Part shown: in pieces, positions 6,637 through 13,136 of the stretch
How the letters are laid out: each line of letters starts with the position of its first letter
How positions within the stretch are numbered: position 1 is the stretch's first letter
DNA from: Actinomycetes bacterium KLBMP 9797
GTDB taxonomy: Bacteria > Actinomycetota > Actinomycetes > Mycobacteriales > Micromonosporaceae
Direction of reading: 5' to 3'
Assembly: GCA_037414955.1 (NCBI GenBank)
Contig: JBBEWH010000028.1
Span: 26,429-50,428, forward strand
DNA: 24,000 nt
Made by a program: the position numbers and the translations under genes
Notes under the pieces: model-generated
What the model was told of the DNA's origin: nothing
Seen by the model: the letters and a program-made list of their open reading frames with translations, nothing else
The model's database searches: none

Positions 6637-7556
6637 CGGCTACGACCTGGGATGACTTCGCGGCGGGGCTCGGTGACATCCTGGGCCGGCTGCCCGACGA
6701 CGCCGTGGTGCAGTTCTACGCCGCCGACCGGCCGGACGAGCAGTGTGCGCAGTTCTGGCAGGACCCCGACGCGCTGCACGCCGAGATCGGCAGCGAGCGG
6801 GTCGACCTCGACTGGCCGGCGCCCGCGTCCGCCTACCGGGAGTTGGCTGGCCGGGTCGCCGAGGTGCTGCGGGAGCTGGGGTTCGCGGCGCCCGGGGACG
6901 TGACCTACCACGCCTGGCGGTCGGCCGACAGCAGCGAGCTGCCCCTGCCGGAACTGGGCATCGCCCCGGTGGAGGTGAGCTACTTCGCCCGGCTGCGGGA
7001 CGGCGACGCGCCAACCCACCCCACCGGCCTGTTACGGCGTACCCGAATAGGAAGCCGGACCACCGACGAAGCGCTCGGTCGCGACGGGCGCTGGCAGCCC
7101 ACGGACACCTTGGTCCTCGCCGAGCTGGGCGACGTGGCCGACGAGGTCCGGCCGATCACGGCCGCGGCGGCGGCCGGGGTGGTCGCCCAGTGGGATGAGG
7201 AGCCCGACGTGCGGTTCGCGGGTCCGCCGAGGGCGGACGCCCGCCCGCTCGCCGACGACGAGCGGGCACGGGTGGTCGCCTACCTGCGGGAGGCGCCGAT
7301 CGTGGTGGCCGGGTTCGGCTTCGACCCGGACCCGTACGACCCGGAGGGCGCGGAGGTCGTGCCGCTGCACCTGCACACGGACGGCGCGTGGGTGTGGTCG
7401 GCGTCGCTGGGCTACTTCGCCGAGCGGTACGGGATGCCGCCGGAGCCGGATCTGCTGGCGCACATCGTGCAGCGCGGATACCGGTGGCCGGAGCTTGATC
7501 GCGCCGCCCTGGAGCGGGTGAGTAGATTGATCACGAAGCGAGCGGGTGGAGGATAG
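6633..7556 (+). CDS. Hypothetical 307-aa protein
   Basis: GTG 6633 overlaps the upstream stop (GTGA, 6633-6636), which suggests translational coupling. High GC3. The N-terminal ~90 aa (WDDFAAGLGDILGRLPDDAVVQFYA...CAQFWQ...LHAEIGS) loosely resemble YbjN/secretion-chaperone-like sensor domains; this is tentative. The C-terminal part carries HLHTDGAWVWSASLGYFAERYGMPPEPDLLAHI. Confidence 0.6.
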   Translation: MTATTWDDFAAGLGDILGRLPDDAVVQFYAADRPDEQCAQFWQDPDALHAEIGSERVDLDWPAPASAYRELAGRVAEVLRELGFAAPGDVTYHAWRSADSSELPLPELGIAPVEVSYFARLRDGDAPTHPTGLLRRTRIGSRTTDEALGRDGRWQPTDTLVLAELGDVADEVRPITAAAAAGVVAQWDEEPDVRFAGPPRADARPLADDERARVVAYLREAPIVVAGFGFDPDPYDPEGAEVVPLHLHTDGAWVWSASLGYFAERYGMPPEPDLLAHIVQRGYRWPELDRAALERVSRLITKRAGGG

Positions 7557-7559
7557 CGC

Positions 7560-8111
7560 ATGGTGTTGCCGGTCGTCCGGACCCGGGACGAGGCTCATCT
7601 GTACATGGATTTGCGCCCGTGCGAGCGGTGCGGCAGCGCGGAGATCACCTGGCAGAGCCAGCTCACCCACGACGGCGGCGTGCCGGCGCGGCGCTACCAC
7701 GGCACGTGCGCGGGGTGCGGCGCGGCGCGCGAGTTCGTGTTCCGGCTGCCGGAGCGGCCGGCGGTGCCCGGCGACGACGGGGTGTTCTTCGGCGGCCCGG
7801 AGCCGTCGCAGCTGCTCGACGCGGGCGAGTGGCGGCTGATCGCCGACCTGGGCGTGCGGGAGGGTTCGGCGCCGCGCACCGGCGATCCGGCCGACGACGC
7901 CGAGCGCCAGCGGGCGTTCGCGCTCGCGCTGGCGGCGATGGATGAGATCATCAAGTTCATCCCGGACGGCGCGGACGGGGTGCCGGAGTCGGCGTTCTGG
8001 ACCGCGCGTGGGCGCGCCGAGTACGACCGGAACCCGGCCTCGTTCACCCGGGCGCGTCTCGAGATCTGGCGCGACACGTTCCGGGACGAGATGGAGATGC
8101 GGTTCGGATGA
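7560..8111 (+). CDS. Single-domain member of the CxxC...CxxC family
   Basis: ATG 7560 lies 3 nt after the upstream TAG and is preceded by GGTGGAGGA. Motifs: RTRDEAHLYMDLRPCERCG...GTCAGCGAAREFVFRLP...PSQLLDAGEW...IIKFIPDGADGVPESAFWTARGR. Confidence 0.75.
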   Translation: MVLPVVRTRDEAHLYMDLRPCERCGSAEITWQSQLTHDGGVPARRYHGTCAGCGAAREFVFRLPERPAVPGDDGVFFGGPEPSQLLDAGEWRLIADLGVREGSAPRTGDPADDAERQRAFALALAAMDEIIKFIPDGADGVPESAFWTARGRAEYDRNPASFTRARLEIWRDTFRDEMEMRFG

Positions 8112-8410
8112 CTCAGCCGTCGGAAATCACCGAGGAGCAGGCGCGGGAGCTGATCGCCCGCCTGCTGGGTGCGGAGGCGGAGGTCGCGCTGCACCCCTTC
8201 GACGTCGGATGGCTGGCTCAGGAGATCCTGCCGGAGCAGGACCGCGCGCGCGGCATGCACATCGGCCAGGGCAGCTACATCGTCGACCGGACCGGTGTGG
8301 TGACCGTCCACGCGAGCCTGCCGGTGCCCGTCGTGATCGAGGAGTACCGCGTGGCCCGCCGCCAGGGGCGGACGACGGGCCGGCAGGTGTGGCCGTCGGT
8401 GGAGGGTTAA
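8108..8410 (+). CDS. Small YrhB/Imm35-like putative immunity protein
   Basis: ATG 8108 overlaps the upstream stop (ATGA). The 100-aa protein reads EEQARELIARLLG...FDVGWLAQE...GQGSYIVDRTGVVTVHASLPVPVVIEEY. This fits the pattern I recall for YrhB-type immunity proteins: GW..., then G..yiVDk.tGev, then p...y. Confidence 0.6.
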   Translation: MTQPSEITEEQARELIARLLGAEAEVALHPFDVGWLAQEILPEQDRARGMHIGQGSYIVDRTGVVTVHASLPVPVVIEEYRVARRQGRTTGRQVWPSVEG

Positions 8411-8916
8411 GCGACGGCGCCGGACCGGTGCTTCGCCCCCGCGTAACCGGCGATGATCGCGGCCAGCTCCTCGCGGGTCTCCTGGATGTCGCTGAGCTCG
8501 ACCACCGCGTAGCCCTTGCGGGTGCCACCGAACGGGAACGTGGGCTGGTCCTTCATGGGCACGCTCGGGTCCAGCCACACCACGAACATGTATCGCTCCT
8601 CGTCGGTCGGCATCCGCTCGATGTTGATGGCCTCGACCTGCTCCCAGGAGACCTGGAAGCGGGTGCCCTGACAATTCACGGTGAGGCCGGTCGGGGTGAA
8701 CGAGATATGGAACGGTCGGAAGCTCAGCGCGAAGAGAATCGCGGCGACCACGCAGAGGAACACGCCGACCAGGCCGAGGAAGACGACCATGTACCCGCCG
8801 AGCGGCCCGCCGATGACGAGGCCCAGTGCGGCGAGCACGAGCGCGCCCAGGCCGACGCCGCCACCTTTCATGGCGAGTGAACGGTTGGTGCCTTCGTTGC
8901 GGTGCAACTCCGTCAT
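8407..8916 (-). CDS. Two-TM membrane protein with a C-terminal soluble (possibly PH-like) domain
   Basis: ORF track 8407..9066. I prefer ATG 8916, preceded by GAAGGAGG. Two adjacent hydrophobic helices are present (GVGLGALVLAALGLVIGGPLGG / MVVFLGLVGVFLCVVAAILFAL), followed by a ~100-aa soluble domain. Confidence 0.65.
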   Translation of the reverse strand: MTELHRNEGTNRSLAMKGGGVGLGALVLAALGLVIGGPLGGYMVVFLGLVGVFLCVVAAILFALSFRPFHISFTPTGLTVNCQGTRFQVSWEQVEAINIERMPTDEERYMFVVWLDPSVPMKDQPTFPFGGTRKGYAVVELSDIQETREELAAIIAGYAGAKHRSGAVA

Positions 8917-9007
8917 GAATGCCTCCTTCTCGTCGGGTTCCCGCGGCACCCTAGCAGCCGAAATACGCGCTCCGCGCCCCCGAAATGTGGGCGTCCCCAA
9001 CCATCGA

Positions 9008-9070
9008 CAGCAATGTCGGGGACATTGCTGCCTCCTGGGTCCGGGATGCAGCAATGTCCCCGACATTGCG
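9008..9070. repeat. Inverted pair of a self-complementary motif, GCAATGTC(GGG/CCC)GACATTGC
   Basis: CAGCAATGTCGGGGACATTGCTGC (9008-9031) and GCAGCAATGTCCCCGACATTGCG (9048-9070) are reverse complements of each other. Each is also an 8-bp stem with a 3-nt loop. The pair lies ~90-150 nt upstream of the start of the membrane-protein gene at 8916. Confidence 0.85.
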
Positions 9071-9076
9071 CTTTCT

Positions 9077-9099
9077 GCGCGCCCGCGGCGCGGGCGCGC
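9077..9099. repeat. Pure G/C palindrome (11+1+11)
   Basis: GCGCGCCCGCG G CGCGGGCGCGC, embedded in a ~90-nt CG-repeat-rich tract (9070-9160). Confidence 0.8.
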
Positions 9100-9206
9100 G
9101 CGGCCGCGCGCCTGCGGCGTGGGCCTGCGCGTGCCCGCGGCGCGCGCCTGCGCGGCCTCGTTCGCCGATCAAGGGCTGGGGCACGTGGTTCGATCTTGCG
9201 CGAACC

Positions 9207-9265
9207 CTCAGCGGTACCACACGCACGTTATGGGTGCCGGATGACGTGCGTGTGGTACCGCTGAG
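9207..9265. repeat. Perfect 22-bp inverted repeat with a 15-nt loop
   Basis: CTCAGCGGTACCACACGCACGT (9207-9228) / TATGGGTGCCGGATG / ACGTGCGTGTGGTACCGCTGAG (9244-9265). It is flanked by GATCAAGGG (9167-9175) and CTCTTGATCAAG (9274-9285). It lies ~190 nt downstream of the stop at 9457, so it may be a terminator or part of a small mobile element. Confidence 0.85.
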
Positions 9266-9456
9266 CACGATGCCTCTTGATCAAGCCAACCCGTGGCGGG
9301 TCACGGGCCGCGGTCGAGCTGCGCCGACCTCCGGACGGCGCGAAGCGGCCAGGGCTTCTCGATCGACGGGAGAGAGCCGTGCTCTTGGCCGGAGCGTGCA
9401 CGGGCCCATCGGTTCACCTGCGAGTGCGGGGAGGCGATAGTGGCGTTGCCGGCTGG

Positions 9457-11160
9457 TCAGATCTGGGAGAGGGCGGCTAGTTCGGCGCGGCGGGCCGCCG
9501 GGACGACGCCGAAGAGTTCGCCCTCCACCGTGGCCCGGGCATGGGCGTTGGCGACCACGAGCGCCCAGACCGGCGCCGTCACGTCCGCGAGCCGGCTGAC
9601 CCGGCGGGCCGCACCCGGCCCGTCGGTCTCGTCCGGTGCGGGGCGCGCCAACCGGGCCCAGGCGCCGGCCGGCGTGGCCCACAGCGGGGACGCGTCGTCG
9701 ACGAGCGTGTCGGCCGGCCCGGCGCCCTGGGCGGCGAGCAGCGCCGCGCACACCGACTGCGGGTCGTCGATCCCGAGCGCTCGCACGGTCTCGATGCCCA
9801 CCCGCCAGGCGACCAGGAAGTCGGGCCAGGTCTCCGTGGACAGTCGCGCCGCGTACCGCTCGGTCGCCGCCCGCAGGATCGGCCCGGCCATCGCGCGCAC
9901 CGTGGGCGGGGCGGTGAGGGCCAGCCCGTCGGGTACCGGTGGCCGGCCCTCGGGGCACCAGCCGGGCGGCAACGGGTACGCCCGGCGGTGCGCGATGTGC
10001 GCGCTGAGCGGGAGGCCGGCGAGATCCGTGGGGTAGACGTCGCGGGTGACCCGGTCGACGATCCAGCCCGGCTCGCGGGGCGGTGGACCGGCCATCCCGC
10101 CCGGCTCCGGCACCGGCGGGCCCATCGGCGTGATCGCCTCCGGCGGCGCGTCCCAGCGGACCTGGTAGACCAGCTCGGTGCCGGTGACGACGTAGCCGGT
10201 CTCCGGGCGGCCGGCCACCCACATGGTGTAGGCCCCGAACCGCGCCGGCCGGGCCCGCACCAGCGCGATCGCCTCCGCCGGGCTACCGACCGGCGCGACC
10301 GCGGCGTCCCACGACGGCGCGGCGTCCCACGACGGCGCGGCGCCCCGCGACGGCGCGGCGCCCTGCGACGGCGCGGCGTCCCACGACGGGGCGGCGCCCC
10401 ATGACGGCGCGGCGCCCGCGTCCCACGACCGGGCGCCCTCCGACGACGGGGCGGCCGCGTCCCACGACGGGGCGGGTTGCGACGACGGCGCGGCCTCCCG
10501 CGACGGCGCGGGCGCTGGCTCCGGTCGTGGTGGGGGCAGCAGACCATCGGGTACGCCGGGCGCCAGCAGGGCGATCTCGGCGCCGTCCAGGGGGCGGGGG
10601 AGCAGCAGTGGCAGCGGCGGCGGGAACCTCTGCCGCTCGGCGTGGATGTCGGCGCCGGCGGCCCGCGCGTGCAGCACGGCACCGCGCAGCAACGGCGGGA
10701 GCGCGGCGAGCTGCCGCAGATGAGGCGGCATCGCCGAGGCCGGCGGCGGGTCGGCGAGCGGCGCCGGCGGCGGGTCGCCGGCGCGGCGGTGGGTGCGCGC
10801 CTCGACCGGGATCATCGCGAGCAGCATCGCCGTCGCCCAGTCCAGCGGCCGCCGTTCGGCGAGGAGCGCCGTGCGCGCGCTGGTGCCGTCGTACCAGGGC
10901 AGCGCCACCGCGGCGGCGAGCAGCTCCGGGTCGGCGCACTCCTTCGCCAGCGCGGTCGCGGTGGTCACGCCGATCCGGAGGCGGGCCCGCATCAGCTCGC
11001 CCTCCCAGGCCGGGTCGGGCGGCGGCACCGGCGGCAGCGGTGGGCGCGGCTGCGCCGGCCGGAGCAGGTCCAGCACGAGCGCGTCGAAGTCGTCCCGCGC
11101 GGCGCGGGGGAACACCTTGCGCAGCTGGCGACCGGCGTCCGCCCACGCCCTCAGGACCAC
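9457..11160 (-). CDS. Pro/Ala-rich multidomain hypothetical protein with an internal hexapeptide tandem repeat
   Basis: In-frame part of ORF 9457..11595. GTG 11160 overlaps the stop of the upstream gene (GTGGTCCTGA). Upstream of that point the long ORF overlaps the real SUKH-3 gene in another frame and is Arg-rich. High GC3. It contains (AAPSWD)-type repeats and a YrhB-like stretch (PGWIVDRVTRDVYPTD). The start is uncertain; ATG MRARLRIGV is an alternative. Confidence 0.55.
   Translation of the reverse strand: MVLRAWADAGRQLRKVFPRAARDDFDALVLDLLRPAQPRPPLPPVPPPDPAWEGELMRARLRIGVTTATALAKECADPELLAAAVALPWYDGTSARTALLAERRPLDWATAMLLAMIPVEARTHRRAGDPPPAPLADPPPASAMPPHLRQLAALPPLLRGAVLHARAAGADIHAERQRFPPPLPLLLPRPLDGAEIALLAPGVPDGLLPPPRPEPAPAPSREAAPSSQPAPSWDAAAPSSEGARSWDAGAAPSWGAAPSWDAAPSQGAAPSRGAAPSWDAAPSWDAAVAPVGSPAEAIALVRARPARFGAYTMWVAGRPETGYVVTGTELVYQVRWDAPPEAITPMGPPVPEPGGMAGPPPREPGWIVDRVTRDVYPTDLAGLPLSAHIAHRRAYPLPPGWCPEGRPPVPDGLALTAPPTVRAMAGPILRAATERYAARLSTETWPDFLVAWRVGIETVRALGIDDPQSVCAALLAAQGAGPADTLVDDASPLWATPAGAWARLARPAPDETDGPGAARRVSRLADVTAPVWALVVANAHARATVEGELFGVVPAARRAELAALSQI
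10303..10513. repeat. 18-bp tandem repeat (six in-phase units, then degenerate units) inside the CDS at 9457..11160
   Basis: Units of GGCG(T/C)CCC(A/G)(C/T)GACGG(C/G)GC lie at 10303, 10321, 10339, 10357, 10375 and 10393, then continue with 3-6-nt indels to ~10513. On the minus strand they encode AAPSWD/GAAPSR-type hexapeptides. Confidence 0.9.
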
Positions 11161-12254
11161 CGCTGCTCTCCGGTGCCGCCGAGGAGGATCCGGCCGCCGG
11201 CGATCGGCATTTCCGCACGGGGCTCGGCGGCCAGCGCCGGGTCGACGCCGTAGTCGGTTTGATCGTTGAGGTAGAGCGCGGCGAAGCCCTGGTCGAGCAG
11301 CGGCTCGCCGTCGATGGTCACGACGTGGTACTCCTGCTCGACCGCCGCCCGCACCAGGTCCGGAGCCCGGCTGATGTGCAGGAACGCGACCTCCAGATCG
11401 GGGGTGAGGCCGGTGCAGGCGGCGCGGAACGCCTGCGCCACCGGCGGGTCGCTGTCGTCGGCGCTTGCCAGCTGGTCGAGGGCGTCCGGCTGCTCGAACG
11501 CGACCAGCACGACGGTGAGGAACTCCAGGTCGAACACCTGGATTTCGCACCGCACATCGCCCCACCCGGCCTCGAAGTGACCCGGGACGCTCCACATCTC
11601 AGTGGGCACGATCCCCATCCGGGTCAGCGTGTCGGGCAGCCAGACGTCGTACAGGTTGGCGGGTGAGCGCGGCAGGTAGAACGCCGCGCCGACCGGGCGT
11701 TTCAGCGACCACCGCGGGACCAGGCCGGCCTCCGCCAGCTCCGCTGTGGACGGCGCCAGCCAGGCCGGTCGGCGGTCGCCGGCGGGCGTGGCGGGGCGCG
11801 GATGCCGGCCGGTGACGAGCGTGTCCAGCGCTTCCTCGATGGTGGCGCCGAGCGACCATTCCCCGATGGGGTCGATGGCGAGCACCTCGCCCTGGTCGGT
11901 CAGCGCGAGCACCGCCTCGTCCAGACCCTCCACACCCAGCGGGATCAGCGGCGTGCCCAGCGCGCGGCCGGCGTCGATGAGCGTGTCGACGCTGTGCGCG
12001 GCCATCGTCGGGTCGAGCGCGAACGGCCGCGGATTGAGGTCTACGCCGGCGCCGCCCTCGAGCACCAGGCCGCCGAACTCCTCGAGCACCCGATCCGGCA
12101 GGCCGATGGCGGTCCACAAGCGACCGCCCAGCAGGCCCGGCCGGGCGACCGCCCGGCGGTACTCCGCCAGACGGTCGGGGGAGAGCCGGCGGCCGGGGTG
12201 CCAGCCGGCGGCGCGCAGGGCCGCCTCGACCGCCGGGGTGAAGCGCTCACTCAT
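11151..12254 (-). CDS. SUKH-3 family immunity protein fused to an unknown C-terminal domain
   Basis: ATG 12254 overlaps the deaminase stop by 8 nt (ATGAGTGA). The N-terminal ~165 aa read FTPAVEAALRAAGWHPGRR...VLEEFGGLVL...RPFALDP...LIPLGVEGLDEAVLALTDQGEVLAID...TIEEALDTLVTG. This is the SUKH-3 pattern as I recall it. Residues ~170-367 are unassigned. Confidence 0.7.
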   Translation of the reverse strand: MSERFTPAVEAALRAAGWHPGRRLSPDRLAEYRRAVARPGLLGGRLWTAIGLPDRVLEEFGGLVLEGGAGVDLNPRPFALDPTMAAHSVDTLIDAGRALGTPLIPLGVEGLDEAVLALTDQGEVLAIDPIGEWSLGATIEEALDTLVTGRHPRPATPAGDRRPAWLAPSTAELAEAGLVPRWSLKRPVGAAFYLPRSPANLYDVWLPDTLTRMGIVPTEMWSVPGHFEAGWGDVRCEIQVFDLEFLTVVLVAFEQPDALDQLASADDSDPPVAQAFRAACTGLTPDLEVAFLHISRAPDLVRAAVEQEYHVVTIDGEPLLDQGFAALYLNDQTDYGVDPALAAEPRAEMPIAGGRILLGGTGEQRWS

Positions 12255-13011
12255 CGCCGGCCCCGGGCGGCAACAGGGCGGACTCATCGCCGGCTCCGGG
12301 CGGCAACAGGGCGAACCCGAGGTGGCGCAGGAGGGCCAGGCAGGACACGCACGGCGGCGTGGTCTCGCCGCTGGTCGGGTCGCCGGGCTCGCGGACCCGG
12401 TAGGTCACCACCTCGGCGCCGCGCAGCAGGCCGGTGCGCGCCTCGTCGAGGGAGATCGGCGGCGCGCCGGCCGCTGCCCGGCGGGCGTCTTCGGCGTGCA
12501 GGGTGTCGGAGAGCGCGGCCACCTCGGAGCAGCGGTCGTTGCCGCGCTCCCGGTAGGCGACCGGCAGCTCCGCCAGAAACGTGCCGACCAGCGGATGCAG
12601 GTGTGGCGTGCCCCGGCCCTTCATCGACCGGGCCCGGCGCAGGCGCCCATCGGCCAGCTGGAGATGGGTGACGTTCTCCGGAAACGCGGCGCGGAGCCGG
12701 TCGCGCTCGGCCTGGACCACCGGGTCCCAGGTGAGCGGCGCCACCGGCGTCTCCGCGCGGAACTGCCGGTATCGCTCGGCGACGGTCGCCGGCGGCACGG
12801 ACGGCCAGTACGTCAGCTCGCCGCTCGCCTTGTCGACCACGATCTGCCCGGCGCCGAGCGCGGCGGGGTCACCCGCGGGCAGCTCGCGCCAGAACACGAA
12901 CCCCAGGTCGAACTCGTGCATGCCGAAGGCGCGCGTGACGCCTACCGGCTTGTCCTGGTAGACCCACGGTGCCGCGATCAGCTTGGCCTCCCACTCGCCG
13001 AGCACGCCCAC
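12247..13011 (-). CDS. YwqJ-like nucleic-acid deaminase toxin domain fused to an N-terminal YrhB-like domain
   Basis: GTG 13011 (or GTG 13005) follows GGGGAG. The C-terminal half carries the deaminase-superfamily zinc/catalytic signature: RCSEVAALSD (C161-S-E163) and/or LHAE (H172-A-E174), then ...AEVVTYRVREPG....PPCVSCLALLRHLGF (PCxxC, C221/C224). The N-terminal ~85 aa read FDLGFVFW...GAGQIVVDKASGELTYWPSVPPATVAERY, which is YrhB-like. No signal peptide, LXG or WXG-type N-terminus is evident. Confidence 0.65.
   Translation of the reverse strand: MGVLGEWEAKLIAAPWVYQDKPVGVTRAFGMHEFDLGFVFWRELPAGDPAALGAGQIVVDKASGELTYWPSVPPATVAERYRQFRAETPVAPLTWDPVVQAERDRLRAAFPENVTHLQLADGRLRRARSMKGRGTPHLHPLVGTFLAELPVAYRERGNDRCSEVAALSDTLHAEDARRAAAGAPPISLDEARTGLLRGAEVVTYRVREPGDPTSGETTPPCVSCLALLRHLGFALLPPGAGDESALLPPGAGDE
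12249..12314. repeat. 2 x 33-bp tandem duplication spanning the deaminase stop / SUKH-3 start junction
   Basis: 12249-12281 and 12282-12314 differ at 2 of 33 positions. They encode (S)ALLPPGAGDE twice at the deaminase C-terminus and duplicate the immunity-gene ATG (12254 and 12287). Confidence 0.9.
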
Positions 13012-13136
13012 CTCCCCGTAGCTAGCGCCACCCTAACGTGCCGCGTCACCGGCGCGTACGCCCGCCGTATCCTGTCCGACGTGGGCCAGACCGCGTCTTG
13101 CTCATGAGACGGGGTGTGATGGGGAGGGGACGAGAG

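Noticed and set aside
9070-9160. CG-dinucleotide-rich tract, considered as a coding region or as a Z-DNA-forming regulatory element
   Set aside because: No frame has a credible protein. A Z-DNA or regulatory role is pure speculation from composition, so I report it only as part of the structured intergenic region.
11161-11595. 5' extension of ORF 9457..11595 (712 aa)
   Set aside because: It overlaps the C-terminal domain of the SUKH-3 gene in a different frame and is Arg/Pro-rich. A GTG overlapping the upstream stop at 11160 gives a coupled start.
13038-13136. Longer N-termini offered by the ORF track for mycP (13038), eccC (17347), eccD (17323), the SARP gene (21492) and the membrane protein (9066)
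   Set aside because: In each case an internal ATG or GTG is preceded by a strong GGAGG-type motif and yields the N-terminus expected for the family (signal peptide, ubiquitin-like domain, winged helix, etc.). The extensions are low-complexity.
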